Positions 1-10,314 of a stretch of 64,000 nucleotides of DNA are shown here, piece after piece. The number at the start of each line of letters is the position of its first letter. Position 1 is the stretch's first letter. Source of the DNA: Longimicrobiales bacterium (lineage in GTDB: Bacteria; Gemmatimonadota; Gemmatimonadetes; Longimicrobiales; Gaopeijiaceae); the NCBI GenBank assembly GCA_965202985.1, contig CBDBCF010000001.1, positions 1,440,001-1,504,000 on the forward strand, read 5' to 3'. A model generated the notes under the pieces. That model made no database searches. It saw only the letters and a list, made by a program, of their open reading frames with translations, and was not told the origin of the DNA. A program made the translations under genes and the position numbers.

Positions 1-3000
1 CGGCGCTCCCAGCGGCCCGACGCGCCGGCTCTCTCGATCGTCCGCGCGAGCCAGGGCATTCGCAACTGTTCGGTGACGCGGTAGTAGACGACGGCGGCGT
101 TCACGGGGTCGGTGCCGGTGGTCCGGGCCAGGTCGAGGATCTCCAGCAGGTGGTCCAGGAAGCGCAACGTGATGAAGTTGCGCGCGAAGTGCTGGTCCAC
201 GCCCAGCTTGCCGATCTCCTTGACCAAGTTGTCGAACACGTCCCGGTCGTCGCCCGCCACGATCTCGTGGAACTTGCCGCGCAAAGACGCCAGGTCGCGC
301 AGATTCCGCTCCACGAACTCGCGGGCGGGCTCGGCGGGGTCGCAGTTGGCCAGCACCCAGCGGGTCGTCCGCTCCAGCACGCGTGCCAGCCCCATCGTCC
401 AGCGGTAGGCGACGCCGGTGGACACTGTGGCCTCGCGGGAGCGCACCTCCTGCATGAGCGACTGGTGGTTCGTCAGCTGCGAGGACACCAGCCACGCACG
501 CACCACTTCGGCGGGCGCTCGGCCCGTCTCGCGCGCGACGCGGCCCACGAACGCGGCGCCCATCAGGTCCACCATGTCGTTGGTGAGCCGGCTGGCCACG
601 ATCTCGCGGCGCAGTCGGTGCTGGGCGGCCTGTTTGCGGCCCACGAACGCCACGCACTCTTCGGGGAAGTAGTCGTAGAAGTACTCGACGGCGGCGGGGT
701 CGTCCGGCAGCTCGGACGCGAGCAGCTCCGACTGCACGTGCAGCTTGGTGTACGACATCAGCACGGCGAGCTCGGGGCGCGTCATCGACTGGTGCGACTC
801 GCGGCGCATGTTCAGCTGGTCCCAAGACGGCAGCCCCTCGGCGCTCCGGTCCAGCAGTCCGGTGCGGACCAGGTCGTTCATCAGGGCCCAGAAGTGGTCG
901 GTCCCGCGACGAGCCCGGTACTCGTCCAGCGACACGGCGCGGCTGTGCGACTCGCTGTCGCGCAGCACCTGCGCCGCCACGGAGTCGGTCATGCGTTGCA
1001 GCAGCTGGTTGCGCTCGTCGAACGTCGCCCGTCCCGAACGAAGGGCGTGTCCAAGCAGGATCTTCAGGTTCACTTCGCGGTCCGACAGGTTCACGCCGCC
1101 GGAGTTGTCCAGGGCGTCGGTGTTGATCCGCCCGCCCGCCAAGGCGTACTCGACCCGCGCGGCCTGCGTGAACCCCAGGTTGCCGCCCTCGCCCACGACC
1201 TTGGCCCGCAACTCGCCGGCGTCCACGCGCACGGGATCGTTGGAGGGGTCGCCGGCGTCGGCGTCGGTCTCCCATCCGGCCTTCACGTAGGTGCCGATGC
1301 CCCCGTTCCACAGCAGTTCGACGGGCGACAGCAGAACGGCCCGGATCAGGCTTTCGCCGTCGAGCTCCATCACGCCGGGCTCCAGGCCCAAGGCCTCGCG
1401 AGCCTGGTCGGTCAGCTCCACGGACTTGAGGCTTCGGGGCACGATCATGCCGCCGGGCGACAGCTTGCTCCGATCGTAGTCGTCCCACGACGAGCGGCCC
1501 AGGTCGAAGAGCCGGCGGCGCTCCTCGAACGACGACTCCGGGTCCGGGTCCGGGTCGATGAAGACGTGGCGGTGGTCGAAGGCCGCCACCAAGCGTGTCC
1601 GGCGCGACAGCAGCATCCCGTTGCCGAAGACGTCGCCGCTCATGTCGCCGATGCCGGCCACTGTGAACGGCTCGTCCTGGATGTCCTTGCCGGTCTCGCG
1701 GAAGTGGCGCTTGACCGACTCCCACGCGCCGCCCGCGGTGATCCCCACCTCCTTGTGGTCGTAGCCGTTGGAGCCCCCGGACGCGAAGGCGTCGCCCAGC
1801 CAGTAGTCGTACTCCTCCGCCACCGCGTTGGCCGTGTCGGAGAACCGGGCCGTGCCCTTGTCGGCCGCGACGACCAAATACGGGTCCGGCGGGTCGTAGC
1901 GCACCAAGTCCTTGGGCGACGCGGGTTCGCCGTTCAGGTTGTCGGTCACGTCCAGCAGGCCCCGGATCAAGGTGCGGTACTGCTCCTGAACCTCCCCGGC
2001 CATCGCCGCGCGGTCCGGCAGCTCCCGCAGGCACACGAATCCACCCTTCGACCCGCCGGGAACGATCACCGCGTTCTTGACGATCTGCGTGTTGACCAGC
2101 CCCAGCACCTCGGTGCGGAAGTCGTCCGGCCGATCGGAGTGGCGGATGCCGCCTCTGGCCACCGCCGCGCCGCGCAAGTGCACGCCCTCCATGCGGGGCG
2201 ACTGCACCCATATCTCGAACTTGAGCCGGCTCTTGGCGATCCCCTGCAACCGCGCGCAGTCGAACTTGAACGACACGTAGGGAGCGCCCCCCGAGCGGCG
2301 AACCGGCTCGGTCCCCAGCGTCAGGAAGTAGTTCGTGCGGATCGTCGCCCGGACGACCGTCTGCAAGGCCCGCAGCGCACGGTCGAACGCCAGCGAACTC
2401 ACGCCGTCCAGGGCTTCGGCGAACCGACGCCGCAGCCGGGCCGCCTGCACGTTCCGGGCCGCCTTGTCCCGTCGATAGTCGGGCGCGTCGGGCGACGGGG
2501 GCTCGAAGCGCACCCGGAAGAAGTCGAACAAGAGCCGGCCCGCGCCGGGGTGGACGCCCAGCGCCGTGGGCAGCACTTCTTGGCTGGGAACCGCCCCGAT
2601 CTGGAAGGCGTAGTGGGCGTAGGCCCGCACGACCGCCACTTCCTTCCACGTCAAGCCGGTGTGCTGCACCAGGCGATTGAAGGCGTCGTTGCTGGCGTCT
2701 CCGGCCAAGACGGCCAGGATCGCGTCCGACAGGACCTCGCCCCGGCGCTTCACGTCCAGCCGGGTGCCGCCCGAAGACTGCACGTTGAAGCTGTAGATCA
2801 CGGCGCCGCCGTCGTCGCCCTGCCCGCGGATCTCGAAGGGAGAGACGGCGATGACTTGAAGGCCGCAGTTCTCCAACACCGGCATGAACTCCGACAGGAC
2901 GATCTGCTTGCCCCGCACGTAGACCTTCAACTCGCAACCGCCGTGGCCGGGGGCGTCCTGCCACTCCGGGTCGTCGAAGAACCACACCGACTTCTGGGCC

Positions 3001-4706
3001 CCGTCGGCGATCATCGTCTCCAAGACCAAGACGTCGCGCACAGCGACCTCCGGGCTGCTCGCGGCCTTGTACTCGGGGGCGAACGCGGCGCCGTAGTGGG
3101 CCGCTAGGCGACGGGCCTCGTCGGGCGGGCGCTCCTCCGCCAGCCGCGCCTGCACTTCGTCCAGCCACGAGCGGGTCAGGTCGGCCACGGTCTGCTCGAG
3201 CGCGGCGGCGTCCACCTCGGCCAAGCGGTCCTTGGGGCCGCCCAGGTAGAAGTGGAGCCGGGCTTGGTCGCCCGCGTTCATCGACAGGTGGTAGTTCCGG
3301 ATCTCGGCGTCGTAGCGCTTGGACAGGGCCGAACCGAACTCCTTGCGGAAGGCGCCCGAGAAGCGGCTGCGGGGAAGCACGACCATGATCGCAACGCCGC
3401 GCCCCAGCTCGTCGTGGCGCACCGTCACCGTCACGTCGCCGGTGTTGTAGCGCCCGATGATCGTCTCGATGTCGGCCTCGATCTCGGCCTCCGCCGCCAG
3501 GAAGAGCTCCTCCCTAGGCAGCGAGTCGAAGATCGTGATGATCTCCTTGTAGTCGTGGCCCGTCTCCGCCACGCCCGACCGGGCCAGGATGCTGTCCAGC
3601 TTCTTGCGCAGGATGGGAATGTCCTGCGCGGAGTCCGAGTACGCCTTCGAAGTGAACAGGCCGATGAAGCGGTGCTCGCCGACCACGCCGCGGCTCGCGT
3701 CCAGCTTCATCACGCTCACGTAGTCCATGCGCGCCCGCCGGTGGACCGTGGACTCCGCGTTGGTCTTGCTGATGAACAAGACGGGACCGGAGAACGCCCG
3801 GTCGCGCAGCTCCTTGGGCAGGCGGCTCATCGGCACCGGCTTCCGGAACGACGACCGCGTTTCGTCGCGGAGGATGCCCAGCCCCGAACCCGCCTTGGCC
3901 ACTACGGCCTTCTCGCCCCCCGGCGCCGTTTCCGCGAACTCGTAATAGCGGTAGCCCAAGAAGACGAAGGCCCCGTCGCGAAGCCAGCGCAGGAACGCCT
4001 GCACCTCTTCCAGCTCGGCCCGTCGTTCCCCGTCGTCGCGGCTGCGGTAGCCCAGCTCGGCCACCACGTCGGTGGCGGTGCCCAGCATGGCGCGGAAGTC
4101 GTCGGTGGCCTTGACCACGTCGCCCAAGCGCCGGACGATCTCGCCCTCCAGCTCCCGCAGCACGTCGTCGCCCGCGACCTCCGCCACTTCGTAGTAGACC
4201 AGCGACTCGGCAGGACTGTCGCCGTCGCTTCTCGGACGAATGTCCACGATGCGGCCCGCCTCGTCGCGGTCCACGGACATGACCGGGTACAGGCGGTGGC
4301 TCAGCTTCAGCTCCCGCGACGACAGGAACTCGCGGATCGTGTCCACGATGAAGGGGCGCTCGGAGATGTTCGTCCGCACGACCGTGACGGGGCCGGCGGC
4401 GGTGGCGTCGTCGCCGGAGCCGGAGCTCAGGACCTCCACGTCGACGTGGTCCGGCCGACTTCGCTCCAGGAACCGCAGCGAGTCCATGCACATCCGGGCC
4501 AAGCCTTGGGCGCCCCGCGCCTCCAGAAGGGCCAACGGCGCCTTGCGCAAGAAGAGCGGGACGAACTTCTCGGCCAAGGCCAGGCCTTCTTCGTCCAGGC
4601 CTTCTTCGTCCAAGCCGGCCCGAAGCAAAGCAACGACTTCGTCGATGGCCGGAGCCCTGTCGGGCGTGTTGGCCGCCGTCCCGGAGGATTCGGAGAAGAG
4701 CTTCAA
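1..4706 (-). CDS. gdhB: Large NAD-specific glutamate dehydrogenase; 3' end runs off the window; start uncertain
   Basis: Not in the ORF track; hand translation of the minus strand gives NISERPFIVDT, YLVVAADKGTARFSD and ELLWNGGIGTYVK. The frame is open up to a stop at ~4809. TTG at 4706 was chosen as start; GTG alternatives lie at 4745 and 4766. Confidence 0.9.
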   Translation of the reverse strand, partial: MKLFSESSGTAANTPDRAPAIDEVVALLRAGLDEEGLDEEGLALAEKFVPLFLRKAPLALLEARGAQGLARMCMDSLRFLERSRPDHVDVEVLSSGSGDDATAAGPVTVVRTNISERPFIVDTIREFLSSRELKLSHRLYPVMSVDRDEAGRIVDIRPRSDGDSPAESLVYYEVAEVAGDDVLRELEGEIVRRLGDVVKATDDFRAMLGTATDVVAELGYRSRDDGERRAELEEVQAFLRWLRDGAFVFLGYRYYEFAETAPGGEKAVVAKAGSGLGILRDETRSSFRKPVPMSRLPKELRDRAFSGPVLFISKTNAESTVHRRARMDYVSVMKLDASRGVVGEHRFIGLFTSKAYSDSAQDIPILRKKLDSILARSGVAETGHDYKEIITIFDSLPREELFLAAEAEIEADIETIIGRYNTGDVTVTVRHDELGRGVAIMVVLPRSRFSGAFRKEFGSALSKRYDAEIRNYHLSMNAGDQARLHFYLGGPKDRLAEVDAAALEQTVADLTRSWLDEVQARLAEERPPDEARRLAAHYGAAFAPEYKAASSPEVAVRDVLVLETMIADGAQKSVWFFDDPEWQDAPGHGGCELKVYVRGKQIVLSEFMPVLENCGLQVIAVSPFEIRGQGDDGGAVIYSFNVQSSGGTRLDVKRRGEVLSDAILAVLAGDASNDAFNRLVQHTGLTWKEVAVVRAYAHYAFQIGAVPSQEVLPTALGVHPGAGRLLFDFFRVRFEPPSPDAPDYRRDKAARNVQAARLRRRFAEALDGVSSLAFDRALRALQTVVRATIRTNYFLTLGTEPVRRSGGAPYVSFKFDCARLQGIAKSRLKFEIWVQSPRMEGVHLRGAAVARGGIRHSDRPDDFRTEVLGLVNTQIVKNAVIVPGGSKGGFVCLRELPDRAAMAGEVQEQYRTLIRGLLDVTDNLNGEPASPKDLVRYDPPDPYLVVAADKGTARFSDTANAVAEEYDYWLGDAFASGGSNGYDHKEVGITAGGAWESVKRHFRETGKDIQDEPFTVAGIGDMSGDVFGNGMLLSRRTRLVAAFDHRHVFIDPDPDPESSFEERRRLFDLGRSSWDDYDRSKLSPGGMIVPRSLKSVELTDQAREALGLEPGVMELDGESLIRAVLLSPVELLWNGGIGTYVKAGWETDADAGDPSNDPVRVDAGELRAKVVGEGGNLGFTQAARVEYALAGGRINTDALDNSGGVNLSDREVNLKILLGHALRSGRATFDERNQLLQRMTDSVAAQVLRDSESHSRAVSLDEYRARRGTDHFWALMNDLVRTGLLDRSAEGLPSWDQLNMRRESHQSMTRPELAVLMSYTKLHVQSELLASELPDDPAAVEYFYDYFPEECVAFVGRKQAAQHRLRREIVASRLTNDMVDLMGAAFVGRVARETGRAPAEVVRAWLVSSQLTNHQSLMQEVRSREATVSTGVAYRWTMGLARVLERTTRWVLANCDPAEPAREFVERNLRDLASLRGKFHEIVAGDDRDVFDNLVKEIGKLGVDQHFARNFITLRFLDHLLEILDLARTTGTDPVNAAVVYYRVTEQLRMPWLARTIERAGASGRWER

Positions 4707-4846
4707 GGCATCGTCGCCCGCGCGCCTGGGACTAGCCGAGCGCACTTGGATCGGCCCAGGAACCACGGTCCCCGGAGCCGTCCGGTTCGAGAAGCATAGC
4801 GCCCAACGTTACTTTTTTTGCATCGCGTCGTCCAGCCTCCCCCCGC

Positions 4847-6172
4847 TTGGGACTGTTGCACTTGCGCCTGCTTCACATTGCCGACGTTCACTTGGACACG
4901 GCCTTCGCCAGCCGCTCTCGGGAGGTCCGGGACCGGTTGCGCAGCGCTTCGCGAGAGGCGTTCGCCCGTGCGGTGGACGTTGCGCTCGATGAACGCGTGG
5001 ACGCCTTGTTGATCGCGGGCGACCTCTTCGACGGCGCAGAGCTGTTGTTCGAGACCGAGCGCTTCTTGCTGGAGCAGCTTGCGCGCCTGGACCAAGGGGG
5101 CGTGCAGGTCGTCTACGCCACGGGCAACCACGATCCGGGCGACGCGGCTCGTGCCGGCGGCCTGGCGTGGCCGGAAAGCACGACGGTCGTGGCTACCGCC
5201 CAGCCGCAGGCGGTGCCCGTGCTGGGACGAGACGGCAACACGGCGGGCTGGGTGACCGCGGCGGGCCACGCCGCCGCCCGCGAGACCGCGGACCTTTCGT
5301 TGGCAATGCGGCCCCGGCCGGGCACTTCGCTGCCCCAGGCGGCGTTGCTTCACACGCAGGTTTCGTCGGGCAAAGCAAGGCCCGGCGGAGACGCGGCGCA
5401 GGCCGACGCGGCAGGCGGAGTCGCGCCCCACTCCGGCGTTCACGGACCCTACGCGCCCTCCAACGTCGAGAACCTTCGGCGGGCGGGCTTCCACTACTGG
5501 GCGCTGGGGCACGTGCACCGCCGACAGGTCGTGTCGGACGATCCTCCGATTCACTATGCCGGCAACCTGCAGGGCCGGAACCCCGCCGAGACCGGACCCA
5601 AGGGCGGACTGCTGGTGGAGCTGGGCGACCTAGCCGACCCGCCTTCGGTCGAGTTTCGCGAATTCGCGCCGGTGCGCTGGGAGTGCTTGGTCGTCTCGGG
5701 CCTGGAGGACGCGCGAACGCTGGAACACCTGGTGCATGCAACGGCGGAAGTCTGGGACCGGCAGCGGACCACGGACCCAGGCGGGCCGGACACGGAGTGG
5801 ATGGCGGTCGTGGCGCTGGTCGGGCCGACGGCGCTGTGGCGCCAGCTGCGGCGGGCAGGCGAAGTTGAGACGCTCGAAGACGAGTTGGCCGCTCGGCTGG
5901 GCGTGCTGGGCGTCGAGCTTCGGACCGCGGCGGTGCGGCCCCGGATTCGCCCCGAAGAGCACGAGGAGCGGCGGGACGTGCTGGGCACGGTCCTGCGGCT
6001 GGCCAAGGAAGTGTCGGAGGGCGGCGCCGACTTGGGGCTGGCCCCCGGCGACTTCGCCGGCTTCGACCCGGAGCGCGACCCGTCCCTGGAAGCGTACGCG
6101 CGTCGGCTCATGGAGGGCGGCGCAGAAGAGATCGTGTCCAGGATGGTCGTGGAGAAGGACGGCCCCGCATGA
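4847..6172 (+). CDS. SbcD/Mre11-family metallophosphoesterase DNA nuclease (YhaO-like)
   Basis: Motifs DVHLD, AGDLFD, GNHD, ALGHVH and YAGNLQGR; ATGA overlap with the next gene. Confidence 0.9.
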   Translation: MGLLHLRLLHIADVHLDTAFASRSREVRDRLRSASREAFARAVDVALDERVDALLIAGDLFDGAELLFETERFLLEQLARLDQGGVQVVYATGNHDPGDAARAGGLAWPESTTVVATAQPQAVPVLGRDGNTAGWVTAAGHAAARETADLSLAMRPRPGTSLPQAALLHTQVSSGKARPGGDAAQADAAGGVAPHSGVHGPYAPSNVENLRRAGFHYWALGHVHRRQVVSDDPPIHYAGNLQGRNPAETGPKGGLLVELGDLADPPSVEFREFAPVRWECLVVSGLEDARTLEHLVHATAEVWDRQRTTDPGGPDTEWMAVVALVGPTALWRQLRRAGEVETLEDELAARLGVLGVELRTAAVRPRIRPEEHEERRDVLGTVLRLAKEVSEGGADLGLAPGDFAGFDPERDPSLEAYARRLMEGGAEEIVSRMVVEKDGPA

Positions 6173-9024
6173 GGTTCGACGCTATCCGGATCGACCGGTA
6201 CGGGCGCCTCGCCGAGCTGTCGGCGGGGGATCCCGGTCGCTTGGGCGCGTCCGGCCTGCCCGTCATTGTCGTGATCTTGGGCCCCAACGAGAGCGGCAAG
6301 TCCACCTTCTTCTCGTTCCTGACGACCGTGCTCTACGGCTTCAAGCCTGCCGCTCGGGAACGCCATCCCTACGCCCCTTGGGACGGCGGCGACCCCGCGG
6401 GCTGGGCACGGATCGCGCTGGACGACGGCTCGACGCTGGAGGTGAGCCGCCGCCTTCGCGCGTCGCCGGCGGGAACGGTGGTCGTGGACGGGCGCGCGGA
6501 AGAGGTCCGCAACCGACCGCTGGAGGCGGCCCGACACGTGTCGCGGACCGTCTACCGCCAGGTTTACGCCCTGTGCCTGTCCGAGCTGGCCGCCCTGCAA
6601 GGGGAAAGCTGGGACTTGGTGCAGGACCGGCTGGTCGGCGCGTTGGGCTCGCCGGACTTGCGACCTGCGCGCGTCGTGGCGAGCGAGTTCGACGCCGACG
6701 CCAACGCGCTGTGGCGACCCGACCGGCGGGGCCGTCCCGCGGTGCGCGGCTTGCGGGAGGAGCTGGCGCACCTTGCGGGCCGGCTGCGGGAAGCGCGGTC
6801 GCGCGACCGGGAGCTGCGCGGCAAGGTGGAGGAGCGGGCGGCGGCGGAAGCGGAGATCGAAAGGCTGCAGGAACGGCGGCAGGCAGTGCGGGCACGTCGT
6901 GCCGTGCTGGAGGACCGGCTCACTCGGCTCCGTCCCGTGACGCGCGCCCTGGCCCGCATCCGCGAGCTGCGCGAAGCCGGCAGCGGCGAGTTCTCGGACT
7001 TGGCGGCGGACCCGCGCGGACAGCTGGCGGCGCTGCGCCTGCGACGGCAGGACGCCGAGGATCGGATCGTGGAACTCCGGCGACGGGCGACCGAAGCCAG
7101 GGAGGCGATCCGCGAACACGGCGGGCGCCACCGCGAGCGGAGGGAGGTCGAAGCGCCGCTTCGCGAGGCCGCGCGCTTGGCCGCCGAGCTGGAAGTGCTG
7201 GAGGCCGATGCCGCGCGGGCGTCGGAAGAGGCCGGCGAGTTGGGTGCGCGCTGCGAGGAGCAGGCCGGTCTCTTGTTCTCGGTTCCCTTCGCCGAGATCG
7301 AGACCGGGGCGCTGGAGGGGCTTCCCGCCACCGACGTGCACGCGCGCTTGGAAGAAGTGGCTCGTGTGCACGACGAGCGCCGGATCGCCGAGGAGGGCCT
7401 GCGTGCGAAGCTGCCGGCCACGGCCGACGCGGCGGCGCCGGGACGCGGGCGCTTGGTGGCGGGGCTGGCGACAGCGGTGGTCGGCGGCGGGCTGGCGACA
7501 GCGTTCTTTGCCGGTGGCGGCGGGCCGGCGCGGGGACTGGCGTCGGGGGCAGGCGCGTCGGGGGCCAGCGGCGCAACGGAAGAGAGTGGCGTGGCGGGCT
7601 GGGTGGCAGATCTGCTCCCCGGCGTGGCGTTGCCGGTCGTCGCTGCGGTATTGGTGGCGGTCGGGCTGGCGGTGGCGGCCCAGTGGGCGGAAACGAACCG
7701 ACGCGCCAAGAGGCGGCGGGACTCGCTGGAGGCCGCCATGCAGGAGAACGACCAACGCATCGAGGTGCTTCGGGGGCAGGAGGCGAGAGCCAGGGAGGCC
7801 GTGGCGGCCGCCGTGGAGGGGCTGCCCGTCCTGTCGGCCCTGCTGGACGCGCCTCGACTTGGGTTGGCGGCGGCCCTGGAGCGCATGTCGGAGTTGGCGG
7901 CGCGCCGAAAAGCGCAGACCGCGGCGGCGGACGAGCTTCGTCGGAGGGTGAAAGAGACGCGGGGCGAGATTGGTCGGCTGGCCGCGAAGGCGGGAGTTGC
8001 CTTTGGCGAGGCCAGCGAGGCGCACGCCGTCTTGGCGGAGGCGCTGGAGGCGGCGGAAGAGGCCGGAAAGGCGACGGCAACAGCGCACCGGGAGCTGGAG
8101 CGGGCCGAGGGCGAGGCGGCCGAAGCGGCGCGGCAGTGGGAGGGGGCGGGAGAAGAACTCAGGGCGCTGGAGGAGCGGTTGGCCGAGTTCGGCGACGGCG
8201 ACGCGGACCGTGGCGCCGAGGCCGTGGCCGCGCGAATGGAGGCCCGAAGCCGGGCCGACCGGTTGGAGGACGAGTTGCGTCGCGAGCACCCGGGCGTGCT
8301 GGACGACCTGGCGGCAGAAGTTGGCGAGGCCGAGAGCCAGGGAGAGACTTGGGACGGGCTGGAAGACGCCGTGGAGGCGGAGGTCCGCCGGGGGAGGCGC
8401 TTGGACGCCGAGGCCGAAGAACTGAGGGCGGCTACCGGCCGCATGGACAGCGACATCGGCCACTTGGGAGAAGGAGAGCGCGCCGACGAAGTCGAAGGTC
8501 GTGCTCAAGTGGTGCGCGCACGGATCGCAGAGACCGAGGAGGCCCGCGACCGCGCCTTCCTTCTGGCACGCTTGGTGGAAGCGGGCGATCGGCGCTTCCG
8601 GGCCCGGCATCAGCCCACCTTGTTGTTGCGGGCGGGAGAGCACCTTCGCCAGATCACGGGAAGCCGCTACGACCGGATCGACGTCGGAGGCCCCGGCGAC
8701 GAATCCTTCTATCTGAGCGGGCCCTCCGAGCCTTCGCCGCGCCGCGTGGAGGGCTCCCTTTCCCAGGGCACCCGGGAACAGGTGTACTTGGCGCTCCGGC
8801 TGGCCGTCGTGGACCACCTGGACGAAGGCGAGGAACGTCTGCCCCTGATCATGGACGAGACGTTGGTCAACTGGGACGCGACCCGGCGAGACCGGGCCTT
8901 CGACCTCCTGGAGCAAGTCGCGCAGAACCGGCAGGTGTTCTTCTTCACCTGCCACCCGGCGATGGCGGCGGAGATGGAAGACCGGGGCGCCCAGGTCCTG
9001 GCCCTGAACAGGAACGCCGGATAG
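6169..9024 (+). CDS. YhaN/AAA_27-type SMC-like ATPase with long coiled coil and central hydrophobic segments
   Basis: Walker A GPNESGKST, signature LSQGTREQVYLALRL, Walker B LPLIMDETLVNWD and C-terminal FFTCH. Confidence 0.9.
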   Translation: MRFDAIRIDRYGRLAELSAGDPGRLGASGLPVIVVILGPNESGKSTFFSFLTTVLYGFKPAARERHPYAPWDGGDPAGWARIALDDGSTLEVSRRLRASPAGTVVVDGRAEEVRNRPLEAARHVSRTVYRQVYALCLSELAALQGESWDLVQDRLVGALGSPDLRPARVVASEFDADANALWRPDRRGRPAVRGLREELAHLAGRLREARSRDRELRGKVEERAAAEAEIERLQERRQAVRARRAVLEDRLTRLRPVTRALARIRELREAGSGEFSDLAADPRGQLAALRLRRQDAEDRIVELRRRATEAREAIREHGGRHRERREVEAPLREAARLAAELEVLEADAARASEEAGELGARCEEQAGLLFSVPFAEIETGALEGLPATDVHARLEEVARVHDERRIAEEGLRAKLPATADAAAPGRGRLVAGLATAVVGGGLATAFFAGGGGPARGLASGAGASGASGATEESGVAGWVADLLPGVALPVVAAVLVAVGLAVAAQWAETNRRAKRRRDSLEAAMQENDQRIEVLRGQEARAREAVAAAVEGLPVLSALLDAPRLGLAAALERMSELAARRKAQTAAADELRRRVKETRGEIGRLAAKAGVAFGEASEAHAVLAEALEAAEEAGKATATAHRELERAEGEAAEAARQWEGAGEELRALEERLAEFGDGDADRGAEAVAARMEARSRADRLEDELRREHPGVLDDLAAEVGEAESQGETWDGLEDAVEAEVRRGRRLDAEAEELRAATGRMDSDIGHLGEGERADEVEGRAQVVRARIAETEEARDRAFLLARLVEAGDRRFRARHQPTLLLRAGEHLRQITGSRYDRIDVGGPGDESFYLSGPSEPSPRRVEGSLSQGTREQVYLALRLAVVDHLDEGEERLPLIMDETLVNWDATRRDRAFDLLEQVAQNRQVFFFTCHPAMAAEMEDRGAQVLALNRNAG

Positions 9025-9126
9025 ACCCGCCGGAAGGCTCTCGACTACGGAAACGACGAGCCCGAAGGGTACCAGCGGCGGCGGCGGCGACAAGACTTTG
9101 CCTCCTGGTTGCGCGCGGGGGCGCGA

Positions 9127-9296
9127 GGAACGTGTAGTCCATAGCCGATCGGTGGGGGACGCCGAGATGAACACCGGGCGATTTGGGTGTCGGAGGGCGT
9201 ACAGCGGCAGTGAGAGGCTGGATCCGAGCGAAAATAGGGCGCGTAGGCCGTGCGAATCGCCCGCTTCTCCCCAATTTGCCCACCACTACACCTTCC
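9127..9296. mobile_element. Possible MITE / IS remnant with imperfect terminal inverted repeats
   Basis: GGAACGTGTAGT (9127-9138) versus ACTACACCTTCC (9285-9296; reverse complement GGAAGGTGTAGT), in a non-coding gap between convergent genes. No target duplication seen. Confidence 0.35.
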
Positions 9297-9320
9297 AGAC
9301 AAAGGGCGCGGGCTTATGCC

Positions 9321-10130
9321 CTACGGGCTCCTAGTCCGCGCGGCTTCCTGGCGAGGGACGGGACGCAGGCGTTCCCGCAGCAGGGTGTAGATCATCTTGG
9401 CCCCCACTTTGAGCGACGACCCCGGGCGGCCCGAGATCTTGGAGCGCCCCAAGGAACGGGGAAGATGGGGAACGTTCACTTCGACCACAGCCAAGCCCAG
9501 CCGAAACGCCCGCAACTGCATCTGAAGGGTCCAGCCCCAGTTGCGGTCGTCCATCGCCAAACGCCGGAGCGCGTTGAAGCGAACGGCCCGAAACGGCGGC
9601 AGGTCCCGATATCGACACCCGAAGAGCATCCGAGCCAACGCCAGCACGAGCCGGTTCCCCGCGTTGGCGTGAGAACGAAAGTTGCCCGTCTTGCCCCCCG
9701 GTCCGGTGCGTACGCCCAGAACCAGGTCTGCGAGAGGAGGCGCCGACGGACTCGCAAGGGGTGTCTGCGCCTGCGAGCCGGTCGCAGGCCGGCTGTTCGG
9801 TTCCAGCGGCGCCAGCAGCCGCGGGATGTTTCCGGCATCTTCCGGGTGGTCCGCGTCCAGGAAGACCAGCGTGTCGGGCGGCGGCGCCAGCGCCTCCAAC
9901 CAAGCGATTCCTGCAAGGCACGCGACGCCGTAGCCCCGTTCTGTCTCCGTCACGACCACCGCGCCCGCGCTCCGAGCCGCGTCGGCCGTGCCGTCCCGAG
10001 AGCCGTTGTCCACGACCACGACCGCCTGCAACCGCTCTCTCGGCAATGCACGCAACACCGCCGGAAGCGCCTCCTCTTCGTCGAGTGCCGGTATCAACAC
10101 GGCCGTTCGTGCTAGTGGTGCGTCGCCCAT
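9321..10130 (-). CDS. Glycosyltransferase family 2 (DPM-synthase-like)
   Basis: VLIPALDEE, VVDNGSRDGT, FLDAD and WGWTLQMQ; ATG at 10130 chosen as start. Confidence 0.85.
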   Translation of the reverse strand: MGDAPLARTAVLIPALDEEEALPAVLRALPRERLQAVVVVDNGSRDGTADAARSAGAVVVTETERGYGVACLAGIAWLEALAPPPDTLVFLDADHPEDAGNIPRLLAPLEPNSRPATGSQAQTPLASPSAPPLADLVLGVRTGPGGKTGNFRSHANAGNRLVLALARMLFGCRYRDLPPFRAVRFNALRRLAMDDRNWGWTLQMQLRAFRLGLAVVEVNVPHLPRSLGRSKISGRPGSSLKVGAKMIYTLLRERLRPVPRQEAARTRSP

Positions 10131-10314
10131 CCGGCGTGACACTTCCTCCTCCTTGTGCTCCGCCGTCGATCGAGCGCGCCCCGTGCCCACATCGCCAGCG
10201 TGTACGGCTCGCCGCACCGTCCTCCGAGGACAGCTCCGGCAACTTCGCACGTACCTCCCCAAATTCTGCGCGATCCCGCGTGCAACGCAACCTCAACATT
10301 TGGGCTTCCGGAGG

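Noticed and set aside
150..4799. Long plus-strand ORFs of 985 and 515 aa
   Set aside because: They are in-register antisense shadows of the minus-strand GDH, which carries the real motifs.
5554..9174. 1206-aa minus-strand and 1133-aa plus-strand ORFs over yhaN
   Set aside because: Shadow frames with no motifs.
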